Below, one piece after another: positions 17,719 through 25,664 of a DNA stretch of 64,000 bases (its first letter is position 1; the number at the start of each line of letters is the position of its first letter). The translations under genes were made by a program, and so were the position numbers. Source of the stretch: Anaerolineae bacterium (GTDB lineage: Bacteria > Chloroflexota > Anaerolineae > Aggregatilineales > Phototrophicaceae); NCBI GenBank assembly GCA_022824565.1, contig JAJDZQ010000120.1, forward strand, positions 74,445 through 138,444, in the 5' to 3' direction. Below the pieces are notes generated by a model. It was not told the origin of the DNA. It saw nothing but the letters and a program-made list of their open reading frames with translations, and made no database searches.

Positions 17719-18573
17719 ATGCGCGAGGGTTGGCGCGGCTGCGATTTGATCTTCTTCGATTGCGACAGCACCTTGTCCAAGATTGAAGGCATAGACGAGC
17801 TGGCGCGGCTAAAAGGAAAGGCGGCGCGGGTCGGCTTGTTGACCAACAAAGCGATGGATGGCGAGCTCGACCTGGCGGATGTCTATGGCAAGCGCCTGCA
17901 AGCCATCCGGCCCACCCGAGCACAGCTCAAAGCCGTGGAGCAGCGCTATTGGGAAACGCTGGTGGACGATGCGCCAGCAGTCATCGCGGCGCTGCAGAAA
18001 ATGGGCAAGCGAGTTTTCATCATCAGCGGCGGGCTGATTGACGCCGTGCGCGGTTTTGGACGGCGGCTGGGTGTCCCGCCCGAGCAGATCCGCGCGGTCG
18101 AGCTGGAATACAACGAGCTTTCTGGCGACTGGTGGCGCTATCATGAGCCGGGCGCGCAGCAAGCCAAGACCTACCTGGCTTATGATGAAAGCCCATTGAC
18201 CATTTCCGATGGCAAGGCGCGCATCATCGGCGAACTGGCATACGGACAGCCCGGTCGGCGGATGATGGTTGGCGATGGTTCATCCGACCTGGCAGCCAGC
18301 GGCGCGGTGGATGTCTTTGTGGGCTTTGGCGGCGTGGTGGCTCGCGAACGCGTCCAAACCGAGGCAGCGCTGTTCTTGCGGTCGGGCTCGCTCGCGGCGG
18401 TGCTGGCCCTGGCGGGCGGCTGGCGCGGTTGGAGAATGCTACAAGGCAGCCAATTCGAAGCGATTTATCGCAAAGGCATCACCCAGGCGCGGGATGCGAG
18501 CTTGCTGCGCTTCCGCGATGCATACCAACGCGAGCAGCTTATCCACGAGTTTAAGGACTTCACCCGCTTATGA
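17719..18573 (+). CDS. HAD-IB phosphoserine phosphatase-like hydrolase
   Basis: FFDCDSTL (DxDxT) and GDGSSD motifs. First gene of an ATGA-overlapping operon that ends in serA. Confidence 0.7.
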   Translation: MREGWRGCDLIFFDCDSTLSKIEGIDELARLKGKAARVGLLTNKAMDGELDLADVYGKRLQAIRPTRAQLKAVEQRYWETLVDDAPAVIAALQKMGKRVFIISGGLIDAVRGFGRRLGVPPEQIRAVELEYNELSGDWWRYHEPGAQQAKTYLAYDESPLTISDGKARIIGELAYGQPGRRMMVGDGSSDLAASGAVDVFVGFGGVVARERVQTEAALFLRSGSLAAVLALAGGWRGWRMLQGSQFEAIYRKGITQARDASLLRFRDAYQREQLIHEFKDFTRL

Positions 18574-19238
18574 ATTTCGATGCAATCTTGTTTGATATGG
18601 ACGGCTTGCTGATCGACTCTGAGCCGGTCTGGCACGAAGTCGAGGTCGAGCTGATCGAGGCTTGTGGCTATCGCTATGCCGAAGAAGTGCGCGAACTGGG
18701 CATTGGCATGCGCGTGGACGAATTCGCCGTCATCTTGCAGACGCACTATCCCAAACTCGGCGACTCGCCCGCGGCGATTGAACAGGCTATCACCGAGCGC
18801 ATGCTGCAGTTGCCAGCAGAGCGCATCCAGGCGCGTCCGGGCGCAGAAGCCATCATCCGTTATGCCGCCGACAATGCCATTCCCCGAGCCATCGCCTCAA
18901 GCTCGTCGCAGGTTATCATCGAGCATTTTGTGCATCTGTTGGGCTGGGACAAATGGCTCCCGCAGCGGTATTCTGCAGAATTTGTGCCACACGGCAAGCC
19001 CGCCCCCGATATCTACTTGCACGCGGCTGGGCAACTGGGTATGCGACCGGCTCGCTGTCTGGCGCTGGAAGACAGTCGGGCTGGCACGAAGGCGGCTTTG
19101 GCAGCCGGCATGACCTGTTTCACCGTGCCCGACCTGTCCCATTCGACTCTGGATGACTTCGCCCAGCTGAACCCGCATGTATTCCGCAGCCTGGACGAGG
19201 CGCTGGACGAAGTGATCGAGAAGCGGCTCTTCGCATGA
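18570..19238 (+). CDS. HAD-IA family hydrolase (beta-phosphoglucomutase/phosphatase-like)
   Basis: LFDMDGLLIDSE motif I and EDSRAG motif. Confidence 0.8.
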   Translation: MNFDAILFDMDGLLIDSEPVWHEVEVELIEACGYRYAEEVRELGIGMRVDEFAVILQTHYPKLGDSPAAIEQAITERMLQLPAERIQARPGAEAIIRYAADNAIPRAIASSSSQVIIEHFVHLLGWDKWLPQRYSAEFVPHGKPAPDIYLHAAGQLGMRPARCLALEDSRAGTKAALAAGMTCFTVPDLSHSTLDDFAQLNPHVFRSLDEALDEVIEKRLFA

Positions 19239-20830
19239 CTCCAAAGCGAGTCGTCATCGCCACCGATTTGACAGCCGACAGCCTGGCTCTGCTGGAAGCT
19301 GCCGAGGACCTGGCAGTCACGGTTGTGCCGCCCAAGACCGCCCCTGTGCGCGAGGCTTTGGCCGAGGCCAGCGCGATCATCACGCGCTCGGACTTTCGGC
19401 TAGATGCGCCGCTGCTGGGTTACGCGCCCAAATTGAAGCTGATTGCGCGCATGTCGGCTGGCTTGACCGGCCTCGATATCGACGCCGCCACCGCCCGCGG
19501 AATCCTGGTCATGAATGCGCCGGGTGGCAGCGCAATCGCCGCCGCCGAGCACACCTTGACATTGATGCTGGCTTTGGCGCGCAACCTGCCAGCTGTGCAT
19601 GAAAGCTTGCGCGAGGGCTGGTGGCTCTTCGACCGCGGCCAGCAGATTGGCAGGCAGTTGCACGGCAAAACTTGTGGCATCGTCGGCTTGGGGCGCGTCG
19701 GCGGGCGAGTGGCCCAGTTGTGTCTGGCGCTGGGCATGAATGTGCTGGCCTGCGACCCCTATATCCGCGAAGAGCAGGTTCGGGATGCGCGTATTCAGTT
19801 GGTCAGCCTGGAAGAGCTCCTGCGCGCATCGGACTATATTAGCCTGCATGTGCCAGCCACGCGCGAAACGCAGGCTCTGCTCTCGACCGAGTCGCTGGCG
19901 AGTGTCAAGCCGGGCGCTTGTATCATCAATACGGCGCATGGCGGCATCGTCAGCGAAGCGCTGTTGGCAGACGCGTTGAAAGAAGGCCGGCTGGGCGGAG
20001 TCGCGCTGGATGTCTGGAACGAAGAACCGCCGTTTAACAGCCCGCTAATCGGCATGGATGGCGTGATACACACCCCGCATATCGGCGACAACACAGCCGA
20101 GGCGCGCCAGGATTTGTCGCTGCAAATCGTGCGGCAAGTCATCGACGCCCTCGCCGATCGCGACTATCGCAATGTGGTCAATATGCCGCTGCTGCCCGGG
20201 CTGAGCTACGACGAAATTCGCCCCTATATGCAGCTGGCGGAGGGTATAGGCGCGTTGCAGCATGCCTTGGCGCGCAGCCCCATCCGCCGCATCGCCATCG
20301 AAATTATCGGCGAAGACATGAACGGGTTGATCAAAGCCATGACGGTGGGCATCTTGAAAGGCTTGCTCAGTCCTTTCCTCGGCGACCAGGTGAGTTATGT
20401 CAACGCGCCTTTGCTGGCGGCAGAGCGCGGCTGGTTAATCACGCAAGTCAAGGGCATCCAGATCAGCGAATACCGCAATGTCATCACCTGTCAGTTCACA
20501 ATGGAAGGCGGCGAAGAAATCAGCATTGCCGGCGCATTATTCGACCGGCAGCAGCCCATGATTGTGCAGATCAACGACTATCGTGTGAACTTCGAGCCGC
20601 GTGGGCATCTGCTTATTATGGGCAGCTATGACAAACCGGGCGTGATTGGCCGGGTGGGCACATTGATGGCGCAGCGGGGCGTGAATATCGCCAGCTGGCA
20701 CACTGGCCGCGCCGAACCGGGCGGCAACACCTTGACGGTGCTCAGCTTCGACGAAGACTTGCCAGAAGATGTCATGGAAACCTTGCGCGGACAGGACTTC
20801 ATCCGCCATGTGCATCAACTGCGGATATGA
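19235..20830 (+). CDS. serA: D-3-phosphoglycerate dehydrogenase
   Basis: 531 aa, with the GIVGLGRVG NAD motif and a C-terminal ACT-like domain. Confidence 0.9.
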   Translation: MTPKRVVIATDLTADSLALLEAAEDLAVTVVPPKTAPVREALAEASAIITRSDFRLDAPLLGYAPKLKLIARMSAGLTGLDIDAATARGILVMNAPGGSAIAAAEHTLTLMLALARNLPAVHESLREGWWLFDRGQQIGRQLHGKTCGIVGLGRVGGRVAQLCLALGMNVLACDPYIREEQVRDARIQLVSLEELLRASDYISLHVPATRETQALLSTESLASVKPGACIINTAHGGIVSEALLADALKEGRLGGVALDVWNEEPPFNSPLIGMDGVIHTPHIGDNTAEARQDLSLQIVRQVIDALADRDYRNVVNMPLLPGLSYDEIRPYMQLAEGIGALQHALARSPIRRIAIEIIGEDMNGLIKAMTVGILKGLLSPFLGDQVSYVNAPLLAAERGWLITQVKGIQISEYRNVITCQFTMEGGEEISIAGALFDRQQPMIVQINDYRVNFEPRGHLLIMGSYDKPGVIGRVGTLMAQRGVNIASWHTGRAEPGGNTLTVLSFDEDLPEDVMETLRGQDFIRHVHQLRI

Positions 20831-20889
20831 GCGGGCAGAAACAAACAACTGTGCGCTATACTCGTGGTGCCAGTTCTAAGGGGTGCTTT

Positions 20890-21204
20890 ATGAGTCCCGA
20901 ACACAAGCTGGGCTTGCCGCTACAAGTCATACGCGAATACTGCGCAAAGCAGCCGATCCGGCGCTTGTCCCTTTTTGGCTCGGCATTGCGCGGGGAGTTG
21001 CGCCCGGACAGCGATATCGACTTGCTGGTGGAATATAACGCGGAGTCACTAATTGGCATTGACTTCTTCCAGCACATGGTCGACTTGGGCGAAATCATCG
21101 GCCGCGAAGTAGACCTGCGCACGCCAGAAGATCTGAGCCGCTATTTTCGTCAAGTTGTCTGTGAAGAGGCGAGGCCGATTTTTGAAGTCCGGCTGGGAGA
21201 GTGA
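20890..21204 (+). CDS. MNT-type nucleotidyltransferase (antitoxin-like, HEPN/MNT module)
   Basis: LFGSALRGELRPDSDIDLLVEY motif. ATG 20890 is preceded by AAGGGG. The track ORF begins at 20827. Confidence 0.75.
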   Translation: MSPEHKLGLPLQVIREYCAKQPIRRLSLFGSALRGELRPDSDIDLLVEYNAESLIGIDFFQHMVDLGEIIGREVDLRTPEDLSRYFRQVVCEEARPIFEVRLGE

Positions 21205-21250
21205 TTGCATAAGCCTGAGGATATACTCCGAGCGTGGCAAGGAGCTCCTA

Positions 21251-21805
21251 TCACGAGGGCAGTTCATCATCAGCACGCCGGCGAGCCACAAGGAATATGC
21301 CAGCAACAACGGCAGCATCGGCAATTATGAGGGTCACACCTGCTTCAAGACTGCGCCCCGATACGATCACCAGCGTTGCAATGCCGAGGACGGACAGCGA
21401 AAGCACGAATCCCAAGATCATTCCCGTGTATTCGCGGCGGCTGTATGATTGCAGAATCTGCTTTTGAAATTCAACCGCATCATCGTGACGCCGCGTCACT
21501 TGAGCGACACGGTGTGCCAGCTGCCGATCTTCCATTTGCAGTCGTGCCTGCTGCTGCCGTTCAGCTAAACCCAGGATGCGGTCAAGGCTCCCTGGCAGCA
21601 GATGTTCGTATCTTTCGGCGAAATCAGGATGCGGCAACGGCCCTTCAAAGTACTGTTGAACCTCCGCTATTATCTGGAGATCCTTTTTGGGATCACTGGG
21701 AGCACTTGGCGACCCAGCAAGCTCCTGTGTTTCACTGGATTTCGAATTATCCGCAGTCCTCAAATTCGATTCGGAATCGTTCTGTAACTTGTTGTCATCT
21801 TGCAC
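21251..21805 (-). CDS. DUF2335-like membrane protein
   Basis: The HPDFAERYEHLLPGSLDRILGLAERQQ segment resembles DUF2335, followed by two C-terminal hydrophobic helices. GTG start. Confidence 0.6.
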   Translation of the reverse strand: MQDDNKLQNDSESNLRTADNSKSSETQELAGSPSAPSDPKKDLQIIAEVQQYFEGPLPHPDFAERYEHLLPGSLDRILGLAERQQQARLQMEDRQLAHRVAQVTRRHDDAVEFQKQILQSYSRREYTGMILGFVLSLSVLGIATLVIVSGRSLEAGVTLIIADAAVVAGIFLVARRRADDELPS

Positions 21806-21810
21806 TGCAG

Positions 21811-22107
21811 CTACTTCTCAGCTAATTCTGATTCGTATCTTTGAATTGCCCAGCGCATGTCGTCTCCCACTGCCTTCCACACAGCGCGAATCGCGTCTCC
21901 GTCAGCTTTCCAACCGTCGTGTTCGCTTAAGAACCCCGGCTCGGTGCTGGATTGATCAGTCGGATTATCGTCGAAGGCGTACAACCCCCGAATCTCCTCC
22001 AACAACTCGCGATCCAAGCTGCCGCCAAAATCAACGAGCCTGGCGATGCCACGCAGAAATGGGCGCTTGGGCAAGTTAAGCGATTTCGTCAAATCGTTCT
22101 CGTTCAT
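21811..22107 (-). CDS. hypothetical protein (98 aa)
   Basis: ATG 22107 has GGGGAGG 3 nt upstream. It ends 5 nt before the DUF2335 start. No recognisable family. The longer track ORF would overlap the uvrC 3' end. Confidence 0.5.
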   Translation of the reverse strand: MNENDLTKSLNLPKRPFLRGIARLVDFGGSLDRELLEEIRGLYAFDDNPTDQSSTEPGFLSEHDGWKADGDAIRAVWKAVGDDMRWAIQRYESELAEK

Positions 22108-22132
22108 CACAACCTCCCCATTCAGCACAAAT

Positions 22133-22160
22133 AGTATCCCCATAGACCTCCACTTGTCAA
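22133..22160 (-). promoter_or_regulatory. candidate promoter of the two-gene DUF2335 module
   Basis: The minus strand reads TTGACA-16 nt-GATACT (or TTGACA-18 nt-TACTAT), placed between the uvrC stop and the 98-aa gene. Confidence 0.4.
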
Positions 22161-22171
22161 GCCAGCCGCGC

Positions 22172-24058
22172 CTAGTCCAGATGACTCTTGATGGCCAGCG
22201 CCACTTCTTTATTGATGCCATTGACCTGCGCCAGTTCGCCGATTGATGCCGAGCGGATGGCGTCTATGGAGTTTTCGAAGTGCTTTAGCAGCAGCTTGCG
22301 CCGTTTTGGACCGACGCCGGGGATAGTTTCCAGGCGGCTGGCCAGGCTCATTTTGCGGCGACGTGTGCGGTGGCTGGTGATGGCGAAGCGATGGGCTTCG
22401 TCGCGCGCTCGCTGCAATAGATAGAGCGCCTCGCCCCGACGCTCCAGCAGAATGGACTGCGCCCGGCCGGGCAAGAAGACCTCTTCGATGCGCTTCGCCA
22501 GCGAGGCGACCGGCACGCGTTGCCTCAAGCCAAATTCTTCCAGCACAGAGCTGGCCACATTGAGCTGCCCCACCCCGCCGTCAATCAGCAGCAAGTCGGG
22601 CAGCAGCCGCCAGGTTTCTTGCTTGTCCGATCCATCGGGCGCGAGTTCAGCTGTCGATTCGCTGGCGGTCTTCCAGCGGCTGAAGCGGCGGGTCAGCGCT
22701 TCTCGCATGGATTGATAATCATCGGAACCGCTGTGGTCGACGCTGCGAATGTTGAAGCGGCGATACTCGCTCTTGCGCGGCGCGCCACGCACAAAGACGA
22801 TGCGGCTGGCCACGATGGCTGTGCCCTGCGTCGTGCTGATGTCATAGCATTCGATGCGGTTGGGGATGCGCGGCAGGCTCAACGCCGATTGCAGTTCGGC
22901 CATGGCTTGCTCGTGCCGAGTGGTATCGGCTTCGTATTGCGCGCGCATCATCTGCAAGCTCTCCAGGGCATTTTCTTGTGCCAGGCGCACCAGCTTGCGT
23001 TTGTCGCCGCGCTGGGGCACATGGATAGACACTTTGGAGCTGGCGCGTTTGTCGCTCAGCCAACTTTCCAGGATGCGCGCTTCTCCCACCTGGTCGGGCA
23101 AGATTAGTTCGCGCGGGATATTGCCGCTGCCGGCGTAAAACTGGCTGATAAATTGCTCCAGCACGACAGCGTCCGATTCGCCTTCGGTGTTGCTCATCAT
23201 GCGCGAGTCGCTGCCGATGAGCTTGCCGTTGCGGATGAACATGATCTGCACGGTGGCATCGCGGTCTTCGCGGGCCAGGGCGATGACATCGTGGTCGGTC
23301 AGATTCTTGCCCACGACTTTGTGCTTGTTGGTGATGAAGTCGATGGCTTGCAGTTGATCGCGGATGGCGGCGGCTTTTTCGAAGTTGAGTTCTTTTGCCG
23401 CGGCGTTCATTTCGTTCACCAGACGCAGCTGCACGGCTTTGGCGCGGCCGCTCAGCACATCCATCAGTTCCTGGATCATGAAGCGGTATTGGTCGCGGCT
23501 GACAGCGGCGATGCAGGGCGCGTTGCACAATTTGATGTCGTGAAAGAGGCAGGCGCGCTCGTCTTGCCCATCGATGTCGCGGTCGCAGGTCAAATAGGGG
23601 AAGGCGCGGCGCAAGTCGCTCAAGGTCTTTTGCACCACCCACATAGCCGAATAGGGACCAAAATAGCGCGAGCCATCGTTGACGATTCGGCGCGTCGTTT
23701 CGACTTTGGGGAAGGCATCGCTCCAGCTGACGCGGATGTAAGGATAGCGTTTGTCATCTTTAAGCTCGATGTTGTAGCGGGGCTTGTGCTTCTTGATTAA
23801 TGTTTCTTCCAAGATGAGCGCTTTGACTTCGTTTTCTGTGATGATGAAGTTGATGTCGTCGACCTCGGAGCGCATGCGCAGGGTTTTGCCGTTGCCATCG
23901 GCATGCGTGGTGAAATAACTGCGGACGCGGTTGCGCAGCCGCTTCGCCTTGCCCACATAGATTATCTTGCCCCGGCTGTTCTTCATCAGGTAACAGCCAG
24001 GCTTGGCGGGCAGATTTTTTAAGATGGTCTCGATATGCGCGGGTTTCTGGTACGACAT
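22172..24058 (-). CDS. uvrC: excinuclease ABC subunit C
   Basis: GIY-YIG N-terminus (GCYLMKNSRGKIIYVGKAKRLRNRVRSY) and a C-terminal (HhH)2. The start is taken at MSYQKPAHIE (24058), not the track start. Confidence 0.92.
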   Translation of the reverse strand: MSYQKPAHIETILKNLPAKPGCYLMKNSRGKIIYVGKAKRLRNRVRSYFTTHADGNGKTLRMRSEVDDINFIITENEVKALILEETLIKKHKPRYNIELKDDKRYPYIRVSWSDAFPKVETTRRIVNDGSRYFGPYSAMWVVQKTLSDLRRAFPYLTCDRDIDGQDERACLFHDIKLCNAPCIAAVSRDQYRFMIQELMDVLSGRAKAVQLRLVNEMNAAAKELNFEKAAAIRDQLQAIDFITNKHKVVGKNLTDHDVIALAREDRDATVQIMFIRNGKLIGSDSRMMSNTEGESDAVVLEQFISQFYAGSGNIPRELILPDQVGEARILESWLSDKRASSKVSIHVPQRGDKRKLVRLAQENALESLQMMRAQYEADTTRHEQAMAELQSALSLPRIPNRIECYDISTTQGTAIVASRIVFVRGAPRKSEYRRFNIRSVDHSGSDDYQSMREALTRRFSRWKTASESTAELAPDGSDKQETWRLLPDLLLIDGGVGQLNVASSVLEEFGLRQRVPVASLAKRIEEVFLPGRAQSILLERRGEALYLLQRARDEAHRFAITSHRTRRRKMSLASRLETIPGVGPKRRKLLLKHFENSIDAIRSASIGELAQVNGINKEVALAIKSHLD

Positions 24059-24183
24059 TGGGCGACAGCAGGCTAACTTTCGCGGACGAACATCGCGTAT
24101 AGTGTAGCATGATGCCGATTCTGCGGCGTGTTGGAGCTTGGCAATTTTGCGCCTTCCGCATGGACGCGCCAACGAGGATCTGG

Positions 24184-25104
24184 ATGACACATATTCCCGT
24201 CTTGCTGGAAGAAGTCAGCGCGGCGCTGATACCCGGTGGCAATGCGCCGGCACGGGTTATAGACGGCACCCTGGGCGCTGGCGGGCACAGCCAGGCGCTG
24301 CTGGAGGCAGGCGCAGAAAAGCTGCTGGGCTGCGACCTGGATGCTCACGCCCTGCGGACAGCCCGGCAGACATTGCAAGAGCATGGCGACCGGACGCATA
24401 TGTTCCAAGGCAGCTATTTGCGCATGCGTGATTACGCGCAAGAACTGGGCTGGGATGTCGTGGATGCCATTCTGCTGGATCTGGGCTTGTCTTCGCTGCA
24501 ACTGGACGACCCCGCCCGCGGCTTCTCGTTTCGACACGCTGCGCGGCTGGACATGCGCTTTGACACATCTTTGGGCGCAAGCGCGTACGACCTCGTCAAC
24601 AGCCTGCCGGGCGAGGAGTTGACGCGGCTGCTGTTTCGCTATGGTGAAGAACGACAGGCTCGCCGCATCGTCCGCGCCATCGTGGCTGCCCGACCGATCG
24701 GCACAACGCGCGAACTGGCCGAGCTGGTCGCCGCCGCGCTGCCCGCCCCCTTGCGCCGATCCATGCGCATTCATCCAGCCACGCGCACATTCCAGGCGCT
24801 GCGCATCGCAGTCAACGACGAACTGGCCACAGTCGAACGGGTCATCCCCATCGCCGTCGATCTGCTGCGTTCGGGCGGCCGACTGGCGATCATCAGCTTT
24901 CACAGCCTCGAAGACCGCATCGTCAAGCGGGCTTTCCGCGAGCTGGCGCACAGTCAGGCTGCTCCGCCGGGCATGGCCTCGCTGGGTAGCAAGCGCGCGA
25001 GCATCCGCCTCGTCAACCGCAAGCCTATCATCCCCAGCCAAACAGAGATCCAGCGAAATCCACGCAGCCGCAGCGCCAAACTGCGGGTTGCCGAGAAGTT
25101 GTAA
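24184..25104 (+). CDS. rsmH: 16S rRNA (cytosine1402-N4)-methyltransferase
   Basis: MTHIPVLLEEV, DGTLGAGGHS and DLGLSS motifs. First gene of the dcw cluster. Confidence 0.92.
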   Translation: MTHIPVLLEEVSAALIPGGNAPARVIDGTLGAGGHSQALLEAGAEKLLGCDLDAHALRTARQTLQEHGDRTHMFQGSYLRMRDYAQELGWDVVDAILLDLGLSSLQLDDPARGFSFRHAARLDMRFDTSLGASAYDLVNSLPGEELTRLLFRYGEERQARRIVRAIVAARPIGTTRELAELVAAALPAPLRRSMRIHPATRTFQALRIAVNDELATVERVIPIAVDLLRSGGRLAIISFHSLEDRIVKRAFRELAHSQAAPPGMASLGSKRASIRLVNRKPIIPSQTEIQRNPRSRSAKLRVAEKL

Positions 25105-25190
25105 TCGCCGCGCTGGCAAGTTGCGCAAGCTGGCGATTCTGATACATTGGGATAGAAGCGGCGCGGCGACCGGTCGCGCCAGGGTGAGTC

Positions 25191-25661
25191 ATGTCGCAAG
25201 CCTGGTTTCAACATACATTCAGCCGCCGACGCTTCCAGACGCAGAGCCAGGCGACAGCCATCGCCATCCTGAGTGTGGCGATTCTGTTGATTCTGGGCAG
25301 CTTGTATCTGTCGCAGGTGGCCGCTTTTGCCATTACGAATCGCGAAATCGAAGACCTCATCAGCCGCCGCGACGAGATCAAACAGCAGAACGAACAGCTC
25401 ATCGGCGAGATAGCCAGCTTTCGCACCGTGCCGCGTTTGTATGCCCGCGCGGTAGAAATCGGCTTTCGCCCCGCCACCAACGACGACATTGAATACCTGG
25501 TCTTTGAAAGCTACAACCCAAATCTGCAAACAAGGTCATTCGCAGCCGCAGCAAGACACAGCGCCGAGCCAGCCGCATCCGATTATGACGAGACATTTGG
25601 CGGGTGGCTGCAAGCGCAATTTGATCACTTGCGCCGGCAATTCCAAGCATTCGGCGAGTGA
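25191..25661 (+). CDS. ftsL: FtsL-like cell division protein
   Basis: Single TM helix (AIAILSVAILLILGSLYL) followed by a coiled-coil-like segment. Positioned between rsmH and ftsI. Confidence 0.6.
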   Translation: MSQAWFQHTFSRRRFQTQSQATAIAILSVAILLILGSLYLSQVAAFAITNREIEDLISRRDEIKQQNEQLIGEIASFRTVPRLYARAVEIGFRPATNDDIEYLVFESYNPNLQTRSFAAAARHSAEPAASDYDETFGGWLQAQFDHLRRQFQAFGE

Positions 25662-25664
25662 CGC

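Noticed and set aside
20827-20889. ATGA overlap of the long MNT track ORF with the serA stop, suggesting a 125-aa protein.
   Set aside because: The extra 21 residues have no counterpart in MNT proteins. ATG 20890 has a proper AAGGGG SD and gives the typical family length of about 100 aa.
24059-24190. N-terminal 44-aa extension of uvrC in the track ORF. Likewise murD 28078-28464, rsmH 24109-24183, the arginase-family gene 41160-41204, trmH 43998-44018 and the Fe-S protein 53287-53391.
   Set aside because: The extensions lack homology to the families, overlap neighbouring genes or promoters, and internal ATGs coincide with the canonical N-termini.
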